Made by a program: the position numbers and the translations under genes. A DNA stretch of 64,000 nt, taken from contig CM120647.1 in NCBI GenBank assembly GCA_051362555.1, forward strand, positions 8,742,001-8,806,000. Reading direction: 5' to 3'. A model generated the notes under the pieces. The model was not told the origin of the DNA. It made no database searches and saw only the letters and a program-made list of their open reading frames with translations. The stretch is from Lingula anatina. Taxonomy: Eukaryota; Animalia; Brachiopoda. This document shows, in pieces, positions 1 to 11,727 of this stretch (positions within the stretch are counted from its first letter, which is position 1; every line of letters starts with the position of its first letter).

Positions 1-2010
1 TTAAAATCATACTTAATTAAAAAAAAATACCCAAACATTATTTAATCATATCATATTCTGTTTACATGAAACTTCTCATTACTGTTATATGCACACACAC
101 ACACAAAAAAATTGGATTAATAAAAAAATATAAAGTAACATTACATAATACTCATTCCCTCCAGCAAATCATAATTAACATTAACATAACTAACATTAAC
201 ATAATTAACATAACATATCTTAGTTGTATTAATTGGCTATGTACTTCTAATTAATACTCCTTCAGTCCTTTAATACATATCTCTAAAAAAATTAACACTA
301 TTTAATCAATTATGATTACTTCCATCTTGTAATCATTATCTTATTTTAAGATAAAATTTATAATCCATTAAAATATGTTTAAGCATACATATATATATTG
401 TTTATATTAATAAGTTGTCATTCAGTCAATATTTCAGCACAAATAATCATTTAATGTTCATGTAGTATGAAGCAACATAACATTTTCACTTAATAAAAAA
501 TGTTAATCATTTGCTTACTTATATATCCATATCAGTATCATACAATAAAACTATCATTTAAACTACTCAATTTATTAGTAACACTTAAGTATCTTCAGTT
601 CATTCTGTTAAATTGTACCATTTAATATATATTATCCGTTACTGATCAAGGATATTTACTCTTCAACTAATAACACTCACTTCCCATTTCAATAACATTT
701 TTATGATTCCTGTTACAAACAAACCAAAAAAAAATGAAAATTATATATATATACAAGTGAAAATACATGCAAAAATATGTGGGTAAATAAAGAAAAATGT
801 TAGTTATAACATTGATAAGCTCATTAAGTTCTATTTAAACTGAATAATAAATTTATAATTCCTTAACATGACATTAAAACAATATGGCACAATTAAATTT
901 GACTTAATGTAATATATATTTATTACAAACAAAAGCTAGGCACAACAAAACAAGTGCAGATGAAGCAAGTATTTGAGTAAACCATCCTCCTTTTGTTTAT
1001 TTACATTAAAACAATCTAATATTGGCACAATGCTAATTTCTCTCCTCTCTTAAAAAAAATATTTATTCAATGATAAACCAGAAATTGATCATGCAGAAAA
1101 ATGATTCTGACATCAAAATTTTCTTGGAATATTTTCATTATTTTAAAGTATTTCCAGCAGTTTATTTGAAACTAAATGGTAAGATAAGAGCTTTTTTTTT
1201 TTTTTTTGTTGACTTGATTGATAATTTTTATATCTCCCCATTCAAAAATTAATTGTTGGAAAAACTCCCATGGTGAGATAAACACTTGTCAATATGGTTT
1301 CATATGTGACATTGTAATTGTTTGGCCAAAACGTTTTGATGGGCAAAATAATGAACTGCTATTCTATAGTCAATTCAATAGCAAGACAATTCTTTGAACT
1401 TTTCTTCCTTTTACATACCCCAATCAAGATGGCAATAAGTAAAATAATAACAATGCATGATGCTATATTTAATAAGTTTTCATGTTTGACTATTCCATTC
1501 AAACCAAGTTGATGTTGGCATTAGTAAAAACAAAACATGGATTTGCTTTGACCTTTTGAATTGCCAGTACAGTTGTTGATAAAACTTTCACTTCGTAACC
1601 TACTGCTTATGAAAACAAAATTGTCATTCTTTCCATAATTAAAGCTATGTAGGTTAAAGTTTCATTAAAGTTATTACCTCTGGTAATTCAATATCTCCTG
1701 TTAATAAAAATTCACTCAAAGACTTAAAAATAATGTGTTTCTTTTCCCTTGCCTCTGCCAATGTACCAAGCCTTAAACTTATTTGTGAATCATTGGCTAA
1801 AAATTCTCTAAATTAATGTGACATAGTGAATCCCATGATCCACTTTATCCACTTGAGTTTCAATTGTATCTCCACATCTTTATAATATCAAGAAAACAAA
1901 TATTTAATCCAGATCTACTCCTTATCTAGACCAGCTAAAAATAAGGTTAACGTTATTTCAATCCAGAAAAAATAGATATCCTCCTAACAATAATAATAGA
2001 TGTTTTAATA

Positions 2011-2391
2011 TTAAGTAGCTACTACTGACTTCTTTTTCTTTTTCCCTTTCATTGTTTTATTTGCATGAAACTCTCTTATTAAAATGGAAGGTACCCTATC
2101 TGCAGTAACCCAATCAGATTTTTTAAGGTATTTCCATTTAATTCTATACCACTTTGTACCCCTGTAATTAACACATTTGATGATTTTTTCTGCTTCATCA
2201 TAGCGTTCTTTACTTTCTTGGGGTTGTTTATCAACATCTTTTTGACTTCTATTTTCAACTGAACTATCCTCATTGTCCTGAATTAATTCCTCAGAGACGT
2301 TTTGTTCATTTTTATCATTTCCCACACTCTTTTCTTTTAAAGATTCCCTAATAACAGGATCTACGTAAGGTTTTAACCTGTTGGCATGCAC
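2011..2391 (-). pseudogene. Retrotransposon integrase C-terminal remnant with chromodomain-like fold
   Basis: HANRLKPY is a typical Gypsy integrase C-terminal motif. It is followed by an acidic spacer and YDEAEKIIKC...WYRIKWKYLKKSDWV...VP.ILIREF, a chromo-like pattern. The integrase core and RT are absent upstream. Confidence 0.75.
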
Positions 2392-3005
2392 AGGAGACCT
2401 TAACTGTTAATGTTTTGGCACAGTAATAAAAACATAAGTGTCTACTTGCCCACTTGCTTGTTGGCTTGTAAAAGTCACTGTAGTAAAGTCTTGATTTCTG
2501 GCTGTAGGTATAGTTATAAGTAGTGGAGTTCTTGTAAGAAAATCTCTAATGTGGCGATGTTGTGTCCTTTTTGATTCTTGAGCTCCTCCACACTGGAGTT
2601 TGAAGGTCTCTGGTCAATGTGATGGTCTCTTTACTATGGGAAGGTCTTAGTGACTGCACAATGTTTGTATTCATATTTTGTTGTCCTATTGGTTCTGTGG
2701 CGGTAGCCTGATGATCACTCGAGTCAAGGGAACTGTGGGCTCATGTCTGTTGTCTTGCGTTATAGAATGTTTTATTGGCTGCAGTGTACTGTTATAATTT
2801 GGCAACGGCAAATTTTCTGTTGATGTTGTCCATGTCAATTGCGGACTTCTTTTAACGGTTTCTTCTACTTCATCAACATCCCCACTGATCTTTTTGTTTG
2901 CTGCTGTAAAACTTCTCAATGTTCTCTGTGCAAACTTCTTCATATTTTTACCAGGATCTTTTCCTTTTAATATTTATAATTAAAAGTCAGGTTCCTCCAC
3001 CAATT

Positions 3006-3468
3006 TATCAGCGGGCGATGTCGATGAGCCAGAAACAACAGAAATGCCGTCCAGTTCCAAAATCAGAATAGTTGCTTTATTGAATTTCACTTAGATTTTT
3101 ATTACTGATTAATAGTCAAAATAACATTGTTTCATGTTTATTTCTTTGACTTTCCACTGAGAAACTCTGGAAGATAACTTTCACACACACCTAATGCATG
3201 CCAGCACATCTTCAATTTTTGACTTCATTCAAGTATGTGTGAATAGAATACTTCCACAGTCCCTCAGCTTTACACCTAAATAACCTTATCATACATATGT
3301 AGTATCTATATGTGTATGCAAGTACTGGTAATAAGAGAGAGTGCGTGTGTGTGTGCGTGTGTGTGTGAATGTTTGTGTGAATGTGTTGTGCAAACTTTCT
3401 CAACAACTTCTAGAAGTAAAGGCAAAGATGGTGGTTTTGGTTACATAGAGCGCCACCTTATATTGACA
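3006..3468 (-). repeat. Putative 5' LTR (~463 bp)
   Basis: TGTCA...TGATA termini, an internal AATAAA near 3076-3081, and a TGG-starting PBS 3 bp downstream. No second LTR is present in the window to confirm it. Confidence 0.6.
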
Positions 3469-4115
3469 AGAAAATTATAAAAATGTGCACCCAGTGTAAA
3501 CTCCTTTATCAAATGAGCTTCTTTTTATGATGCAAAAAAGGTATTTATAAACAACTGTGGGGAAATTTCAGATCAATTTCAAGTACTTATGCGCTTAAGT
3601 GTGGAAAATCATTATGAGGAGTGTAGATATGATTTCAAAACTTTTAAAATATTATACATAAATCTGAAAGTGCAATAATTATTATATACACCATTCATTA
3701 GGTAAAAAAAAACAATCTTATTGTTATTGTGCAAATGATGTCAGGTTGAGTTATAAGTACCATTTAACATTTTACTTTTTTTAGATTTTCACCATTTCCA
3801 GAATTTCATTTCTTTGTAAAATGTTAACTTTAGATATTACCATATTTAGTCGCAAATAAACATTATTTTATTCCAATTTTCATCCACAGTCAATTTTATT
3901 CCCACACTCTGTCTCATTCATTTGTTAACAAAGCGCCTTTTTTTTTCATTAAATCATTCATAACTGTGAGATGGCAATTTTCCTTGTAATTTGCTCATGT
4001 TTTTTCCAAAGGCTAATTAAGCGATACATTAACTTTTATGTAGCATAATATATGTTTCAAGACTAGTACCAGTATATGCTGTCTATTAAATAAAATGATT
4101 TTCTATTGTTTTCAG

Positions 4116-7100
4116 CTCCTTATTGGTGGTGTCATGACAGACTGGTGTCTGCAGTATGAAGAAGTTTCCGAAGGACACTACAATTTTTCCTGTCAAAATC
4201 AAAACGACTGTCCAGAACAATCTTATAAAACAAATTCATCGTGCGTCCTAGTCCAGGAACTGTATTTGAATTCATCGTGTAACAGCAATGCTACTTTTTT
4301 AAATGCGTCTGTTATAAATCAGCTATGCAGTGACGAAAATTTCACAATTCCGTGCATCAATTTTACTGTAATAGAAAAAACAGACATTTGTCAACCCTGC
4401 CATGACAGTTGTTCGTCATGCAGTGGTCCAGGAGAGAAGAACTGCACTGAATGTAAAACGGGTTTTCATCTCTCATTTTCTCCCGTGACAACCACAGCAA
4501 TAAGTACAAGCACAACAAGTACAACATTATCCAGTACAATTGTGACTGATGTTACTGATGCTAACGACAATGTGACAATGCATTCCAGTCGAGGAGCTAG
4601 GAGCAAACGAGGTATCACTGACAGTTACAATGATACAACAAATACAACACCAATGACAACATCATCAACAACAGAGCCAACTACTGCAGCAGTGACAACG
4701 GGCGTACCAACCATACGGCAATGCGTGCCATGCCAAGACACTTTAGGCCAGAATACCACTGTTGACCACTTGGTGAAAAAATGCACAGAATGGCTAAAAT
4801 CTGGAATGCCTCCAGTAGAAATAATTCATATCATCAAAAGGTGTTCAAATAAAAATGTCACGATACCTAACGCCAATGCTACATGGTGCTGCCCTCCTCG
4901 ATGCAAAGACGACTGCCTTTCCGATGGTTTTTGCATGGAAAGTACAACTACACCTCCTACACAGCCCACATTCTTGGGCAAATACCTATATATCATCATA
5001 GGAGGTGGCTGTGGAGCGGTGGTGTTGGTAGTGTTAATTGTAGTGGTAGTGGTTGTGTGTGTTAGGAGGAAGAGGAGAAGAAAGAACCATGCTCCGCCTC
5101 CACTCCCTGGATTGGAGGAATTGACCCTAGGGAGGGTAAGCTTTTTTTCACAGCATGAGTTACATGTATTTTTAATTAGGAATTTTCATGTTTCATCATT
5201 GGTTGTTTGGAATTTTTGTTTGTTACTGAGAAAGGTATCGCAAAAAATTCTTCATGGTGGGAACATTCCCACAATTGCTGTCTACAGGCCTTTTTAGCTA
5301 TTAAATAATTATGATTTCTCATTGAAACACACCTATTTTGCAGAACTGTTTTTTAAATCATTTTAGCTTATTGCTCAATATTGCTGGAAACTTTTATCAG
5401 TTCTTAACAAATAGGTTTGATTTTTTTCCAGAACAACGACATCAAAGAAGAGGAGATGGAGGGCGCGGTGGGGCCACTGTGTCCAGGGATTCAGTCCCAA
5501 GATATTTTGAGAAAACATGAGATGATAACAAGATACACGCCAGATCCTCTACGAAAATTCCCAGTAGGTTTTTTATTCAAATAATGACCTTTTAATAGCC
5601 AAAAAAAAAAAGAATTCTTATTATTATGAAAATTTCAGTCATTTTCCCCTCAATCGCCAAGGCATATCCTGTCCAAAACCGTATAGAATATTGGAATCTG
5701 TGTACCCATTTTTGAGTTGAATGACTTCTGATTCCTACTGTTACGAGTGAAATTTACCAGTCACAATCTCTATGACAAGACAACGAGTTACAAAAAAATT
5801 AGGCCCTTAACACATTGCATTAGCCATTACACTTATCTGTATCTTATTTCTTTGAGAGATTTACAAGTTAATAACCTGTCAGATAAATACAAGAGTCACT
5901 TAAATGGAGACTTGACACAGCCAATAAAGAGAATTATTAAGATAATGCAAACAGTTGGAAGTGAAGTTATGAAAGGGAGAAAATAATTACATGAGTTGAC
6001 CTGTCTTAGGGTGCATTCCCAGAGATTTAGATCGATCCAGAGATTTAGATTTAGATCGACCTAACTCCCTGGGGGTTCACGCTAAATTGCAGTCAGCCGA
6101 GCGTGCACGACAGTTAATTACCCCCTTACAGCTTTTAGTAGGCGGGACAGACGCTTAAGCCAGCTAAGCTGACAGTAATCTAGTGAGACTCCCCACAGGG
6201 ATAGATCGATCTAAAATCTATGGGAATGGGGTCTTAGGCCGCATTCACAACCAAGTTGATCCTAACTAGTCTGTGCATCACAGGGGCAGATCAACAGATA
6301 TTTTCTGACAGTCTTCCCAAGTATCTTTGTTTATCTATCCTACATTTTTGACAGTCCTCCGACAGAAAAAAGTAGATAACCGTCAATTTTAACTTGAAAA
6401 TCTGACCATCTTCCGGAAGACCCAGAAGACGGCCCCAATCCGCCCCTGCATCAAATATGGCGAAACTTGACAATGAATTCCCACTTCCTGTGCGGGCCGT
6501 CCTAGCAGGGGAAGAGCAATTAAATCTCAGCACGTTAAATTCAAATAGGTAGTGCCATATTTGATCCGTGTACTTGTTATATTGCGAATCAACTGGTTCT
6601 GAAAGCGTCCTTAAGTGTTGCAATACAGATAAATTTGTAAGTGTAATGCACGATTTGAAAAGGGTCTCTCTTTCTTAAATGAGTACACTGTGAGCATTGG
6701 CGAGGGGTTTTTAATAAAATGCAGAAGAGGGGGTTTACAATCAAGCATATGCAGCTGTGAACAAGAACTAAATTTCACATTTCTTCTTTCAACTTCAGGG
6801 CGAGACCAAAGACAATCAGACAGCCAATGAGGAAGAGGTATGGTTAAGCAAGAAAATTAATGCATTAGGAATAACTCAGTATTTACACAACAGAAAGGGG
6901 AAAAGGGGATAAATGTCTAATTATTTCTTTTTTTATTTTCTGTAAAATGTAAAACTTAACAATAATACAGAAAATGTTTATGAGAATGTCAAACAGTTGT
7001 CGTAATATTATGATTGTTTTGTTGTAAAATTTTGTCTTAAACTCTCTCACCACCATTTTATTCCAGGATGAACTTCCAACGTATGGCAATGTTGATGAGA

Positions 7101-7867
7101 CACAGGATTTACCAACCTATGACAATGAAGCCTTTGTTCGGTCAACTGTGCACTTACGTGGTAAAAAAGATCCACTCAATGAGCAACAAGAATTGCCCAT
7201 ATATGGTAATGTAGAAGATGAGCAGCAGGATCTGCCCATAAATGGTAATGTGGATGACGGGCAGCAGGATCTGCCTGTGATTGGTATTGAAATGTCCGAG
7301 TTAAATGATTTACCGACATATGGCAACATGGAATCCAGTGGCGAGGAGCTTCCTGTGTATGGCAACGAAGAGTTTCAGGATGGTGTTAATATCCGCAGTA
7401 CTGTAGGTGGCGCTGTTCAGAAACATGACAGACCACCAACTTATATAAACTTAGATAAGAAACAACAGGAAGAGTTTCAAAGAATTTTCGGCGTTGGAAA
7501 CGCTGAAAACACACAACCAGAAGAAGAGTCAGAGCTACAAACTTTCTCCGATAATAAAGGAGATGAGGTGCCCACAGAGGCAACAATGAGGGATCCACAT
7601 GGGGGTACAAGAAGTATGATTTCTGATCTTTCTGAGGCTTTTAAAAGATTCAAAATGAGTCAACATAACTCTAAAAGTGCCTCTAGAAAACAGTTGATCG
7701 ACCTTGAGGAAGAAGACACAAAAACAAATGAAAATTCCTCTGACAGTAGTCTTTTACCAGAGGAATCATACGAAAATTTGTCTGGGGAAGCAATGAGAAC
7801 AGGACACACTGCAGTTCAAGAGGAAGATGAAATCTATGAGAATTTTCAAGTGAGCAGACGTCACTGA
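4116..7867 (+). CDS. 3' part of a type I membrane glycoprotein: furin-like/EGF-like Cys-rich ectodomain, Thr-rich mucin segment, TM helix and acidic cytoplasmic tail with multiple YxN motifs (5' exon(s) upstream or outside the window)
   Basis: Four exons with AG/GT borders join in phase 0: 4116-5135, 5432-5563, 6799-6837 and 7067-7867 (TGA). The product has the furin-like repeat CQPCHDSCSSCSGPGEKNCTECKTGF, many NxS/T sites, the TM segment YIIIGGGCGAVVLVVLIVVVVVVCV followed by RRKRRRK, PPPPLP, and a tail of LPxYGN repeats plus YIN/YEN. Confidence 0.85.
6009..6233 (+). mobile_element. PIF/Harbinger-like (Tourist-type) MITE, family A copy 1
   Basis: Imperfect TIRs GGGTGCATTCCCAGAGATTTAGATCGATC / GATCGATCTAAAATCTATGGGAATGGGGTC, flanked by TTA on both sides (6006-6008, 6234-6236). 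Homologous copies lie at 49515 and 58410. Confidence 0.85.
6281..6448 (+). mobile_element. Short non-autonomous DNA element with CAGGGGC-type termini
   Basis: CAGGGGCAGATC...ATCCGCCCCTG flanked by CA on both sides. A diverged inverted copy of the internal sequence lies at about 60820-60970. Confidence 0.55.
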
Positions 7868-9124
7868 ATCCAGTTGAACAGACTCCATTGAAACCAGTTC
7901 AGCAGACGCCATAGAAACCAGTCGAGCAGACGACGTAGAATCCATGTTTATATAAAATAATATCTTTAATTCGTATTAAATTGTGATGTGACGTTAAGTT
8001 TTTGAAGTCATTTTAACAGCATTCAAGTCCCATTTTATCCAGTACCAATCATTATTGCTTTGAATCCATTTTAACAATCTCCCTCTCAACAGACAGATAT
8101 TTAATTATGTAAAATTTTAGAAAATATAATTATCTAAAGAGGGATTCTTTACAGATGTGTATTCTGTAAAAAATTGTAATAGTTGTCCATACATAAGTAT
8201 TTGTTATTTACATAATATAATTTTGTTCCGTCACATTATATAATTATATACCTAAGGGAGGTTGGAATATGCTAAATATCAGAACTGTTGAACAGTTTAT
8301 CAGGCTTTGTTACAACAAAGAGTCCACTAAGTCATACCATCATATTTCATATATTTTCATAACAGAAAGTTAAACACGTAGGAAAATTCAGTAAAAATGC
8401 AACACACTATATTTTTATTATATGTGTAAGTATTTGGCTTGTTGGACTTTATCAAATTGAACTTGTAATTTTTTGCACTGCCTTTAACGAGACACCACAG
8501 CATTTTAGAGCTGTACAGATGTTGTGCTGTTGACTAGCACCGTTTAGAAAATAAGATATATATATATATTATTAATTGCTCAATGACAATTATTCTAGAC
8601 AAACTTACCAAGAGTGTAATAATTCCAGTTATGTGACACAAAGAAGTTGTAATAATTTTGTTAGAATTCATTTTCTTCCTTATTTTTTTTTTTTAATTTT
8701 TCAATAGTGTCACTCCCATTTTATTTAATTTTATGATTAATGATTGAATAATTAATACAAGTCTCACTTGAAATCTTGTCACAATGCTAAGTCCATATCA
8801 TAAAGTCATATTTTCTCTAATGGACAGGTGCTGTAGCATAAGCCTATCTCCATTTTCAATCATTTGTGAACATAAAATTAATTTGCTAATATATCCTGTA
8901 ATTATATGCATTACGCTGAATTGAAATTATTCAAGTCAAATGTTTTTCTACTCCGCTTATTCTAATTCCTTAAAAGGAAAATATTGCCTTAAAAGGGAAG
9001 AACAGCCACTGCTCTAAATCGAAGGTGTTCAATGCAGAAATTCCACTCTACTTCTGCCAATATTTTCTGAAAAGAAAAATAGTACCTCGAACAAAAAAGA
9101 AAAAACAACTTAATACAAAATAAA

Positions 9125-9335
9125 ACTAGAAATTTAAAGAACTAAGAGAGCACAGGCATCTCTGCCATCTGCCATGACAGCTTAGTTCTCCTTTTTAAGT
9201 AAGTGAACAATTAATGGATCACCGCCAAAATGTAACTGATTCTTTTTTCCTATCCTGAAACCTAAGGAAAATCCTCCTGGAACTTCCAGCTAGACCAACA
9301 AAGGCCAAAACATAACCTCCTTGGCAGGGGTAAAA
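9125..9335. mobile_element. Fragment of a Helentron-associated (HINE/pearl-like) element
   Basis: Ends in AAAACATAACCTCCTTGGCAGGGGTAA, the terminal hairpin typical of these elements (family assignment recalled, not searched). Confidence 0.45.
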
Positions 9336-9932
9336 ATAAAATTTTTATTAAAATTACTGGAAAAAAATTTTTCTGTCATATACTTTGCTAATAGGTACTG
9401 GAGGGTAAAAAAACGAATCGGGTAGATTATTGATATAACTGTTATTAAGTTGCCTTTTTAATTATAGAATTGTTGCCCAGTCAATAGGGTTTTATGTTAA
9501 ATTTGTATCTTTTTAATTCTTAATCCTGTAATTTGCAGTTTTTTATGTTATTCTTTATTTTATCATTATGTTCATGATTTTTAATATTTTTATGGTATTA
9601 TTATTGCTGATTTCTGAATTAATAGAAATAAAGATAAACTTTATTGTTACAACCAAAGCATTGTTTATAATTGTGCATGCTTGATCTTTTCTCAGCAGGT
9701 TTTTTTTTTCAAAAAGGAGTGAACAGTTCTCTCCCCCATCACATCCAATGTTTTAGTCTAGATAGATATTTTATTTATTCTGAATTGTGAGCAGAAGCAC
9801 GAGGAATAAAGAAAGCGTTTTCACTTTCACAATATCAGCAAGTCAAAGAAATTGTATTGGAGAGATACGAGATATGCAGATTTACACATATCGCCAGTAA
9901 ATTTGTTTGCTCAAATATCTGTTACTGATCAG

Positions 9933-10063
9933 GGCCCCATAACTCGAAAGCATTGGGCATTGCAACCAAGCACAAGTGTCTCGATTCCATAACTCGCCCC
10001 ATATAATAACCTTGAAATAAAAGGCGATATTGCTATTCGCGTTGCTTTCGAGTTATTGAACTC
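9933..10063. mobile_element. Degenerate Harbinger-like MITE related to the 45372 element
   Basis: GGCCCCATAACTCGAAAG...CTTTCGAGTTATTGAACT termini. It shares CAAGTGTCTCGATTCCATAAC with 45412-45433. Confidence 0.55.
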
Positions 10064-11727
10064 CAAGTTAGTGAATTTCTCTCGAGTCAGCTGTGAATGG
10101 GCAGTCACACAGAACATGTTATATGTTAATTTCTTCCAATCTGATAGAGGCCTGGGTTCAATATGAGAAAATCTGTTGTGGGTTTGATTCAACATCTTTA
10201 AAATTATCTATAAGCTTAAAAAATGAGGTAACCACCATCCTCAGATAAAAAAAAACTTTATTATTCTATATTCAAGCTTTCTGAAATTGTTACAGAAAGA
10301 GAAAAATTGCAATAAATGTTCAACTTGGCTTCAAGATGGCTTTTTGTTGTAATAACACATAACTAATAACTTAAAGTAATAAAGTTAAGACAACTAAAAA
10401 CAAGGACTTTACAATCAAAAAGTATTGCTTTAAAACAGGAAGAAATCAGGAACAAATAAATTATTACACATACATAGACGTCTGTTAATAATATGTCAAG
10501 TGAAGTACATACATGTACTGTCAGATAAATAATTGTTTGAATATAAATAAAAATACGAATTTTGATTAAAAGATGTCACATTATGCACAATGAAGCATTT
10601 AATTTTACATGAAAATTGATAAAACAAGTGTGGAAATTCAAAAAACTGCATTCCTTCTTTTCCACATCATTATTCTTGAATAAAAATGTTCGGGATAAGT
10701 TCAGACTACATGGTCTTCAAAACTGATAGATGCTGGCTGTATGTTGTACACATAAATATATTTCATTGGCATTTATGTCCTCAGTCTATAATTAGTATAC
10801 TGAATTAATCCATTCATTACATAAAACAATGGGAACTAACCTATGAGGCAGCTCCTTTACAACTCTACTAGCAAAAGACCAGTGTCTTAAAACTCCACTT
10901 TCTTTCTGGATAACTTTTTTCCAGGGCAAATCTGCCAATTATTATTCTATACAGTAATTTTACATAAGAAGCCAGCACCTTCACCATTCTCAGTCTGCAT
11001 GGGGTAGTTGCCCTTGTGATTTTCACATTTTTTAAATCTAGACTTAAACCAATTTGCTTATTCATGCATTCATTCAATCATTCAAATATTTCCTGAGAGA
11101 AGGAAAAAAACTGTGTGTTGATACCAATATGATAAAACTTCTGATGGATGCGATCGACACCGATATACACCAAAGCCAAGTATTGACAATAGCCATTTCA
11201 AAGATATTGCAACATTGTACTTTGTACTTATATAATTATATATATAACAAATGTATGGCAGTTGTACAGGCAAATATACTGGTATTTCTTCAGGTGTTTA
11301 CAACAAAATGTGGTTGTGAAGATTATCCAATTTTTGTAAAGGTTTTGTCAGCAGTTATCAAAATTCAGGTATGGTGTTGGTGTGATCTTTTCAAAGGGTA
11401 AAATTGTGAATTTTACAGATACTGTAAGAGCTAATGTCATAAACCTGAAAATTAGCACATTCCTGGAAGTTGATAAGCAGTCGACCTTATATTCTATTAT
11501 TTTAATCAGTAAAAGCACCACAATTACTATACAGAAATACAAATTTTTAATGATTCCAAAATTATGTATCTGAAAGATTCAATTTGATCATTTCCCCAGT
11601 GAAAAAGATCCAGTTATTACTGTTACTTTGATAAGAACATGAGCAATTTAGAAAAATAAAAAGTTCTGCACTAGCTGAGCTCAACATTTCCAAATTTTGT
11701 TACCATGGTGACTTCATGGAAATAAAT

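Larger units (their letters stand above)
1230..3468 (-). mobile_element. Degraded, internally deleted Gypsy/Ty3-type LTR retrotransposon (5' LTR, PBS, gag remnant, integrase tail with chromo-like domain, env-like remnant); it probably extends further left
   Basis: On the minus strand the putative LTR 3468-3006 starts TGTCA, ends TGATA (one mismatch from TGACA) and contains AATAAA. It is followed by AAT and then the PBS TGGTGGAG (3002-2995), complementary to the tRNA-Ala 3' end. Downstream lie a short gag-like ORF (2943-2686), the integrase C-terminal motif HANRLKPY with a chromo-like domain (2391-2011), and a stop-interrupted segment with a TM helix (NLLNIASCIVIILLIAILIGVCKRKK, near 1480-1400). 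Confidence 0.75.

Noticed and set aside
4095-5297. The 400-aa ORF as a complete single-exon gene
   Set aside because: The ATG at 4095 lies in the polypyrimidine tract before the acceptor at 4115, and the ORF reads through the donor at 5136 into intron sequence.
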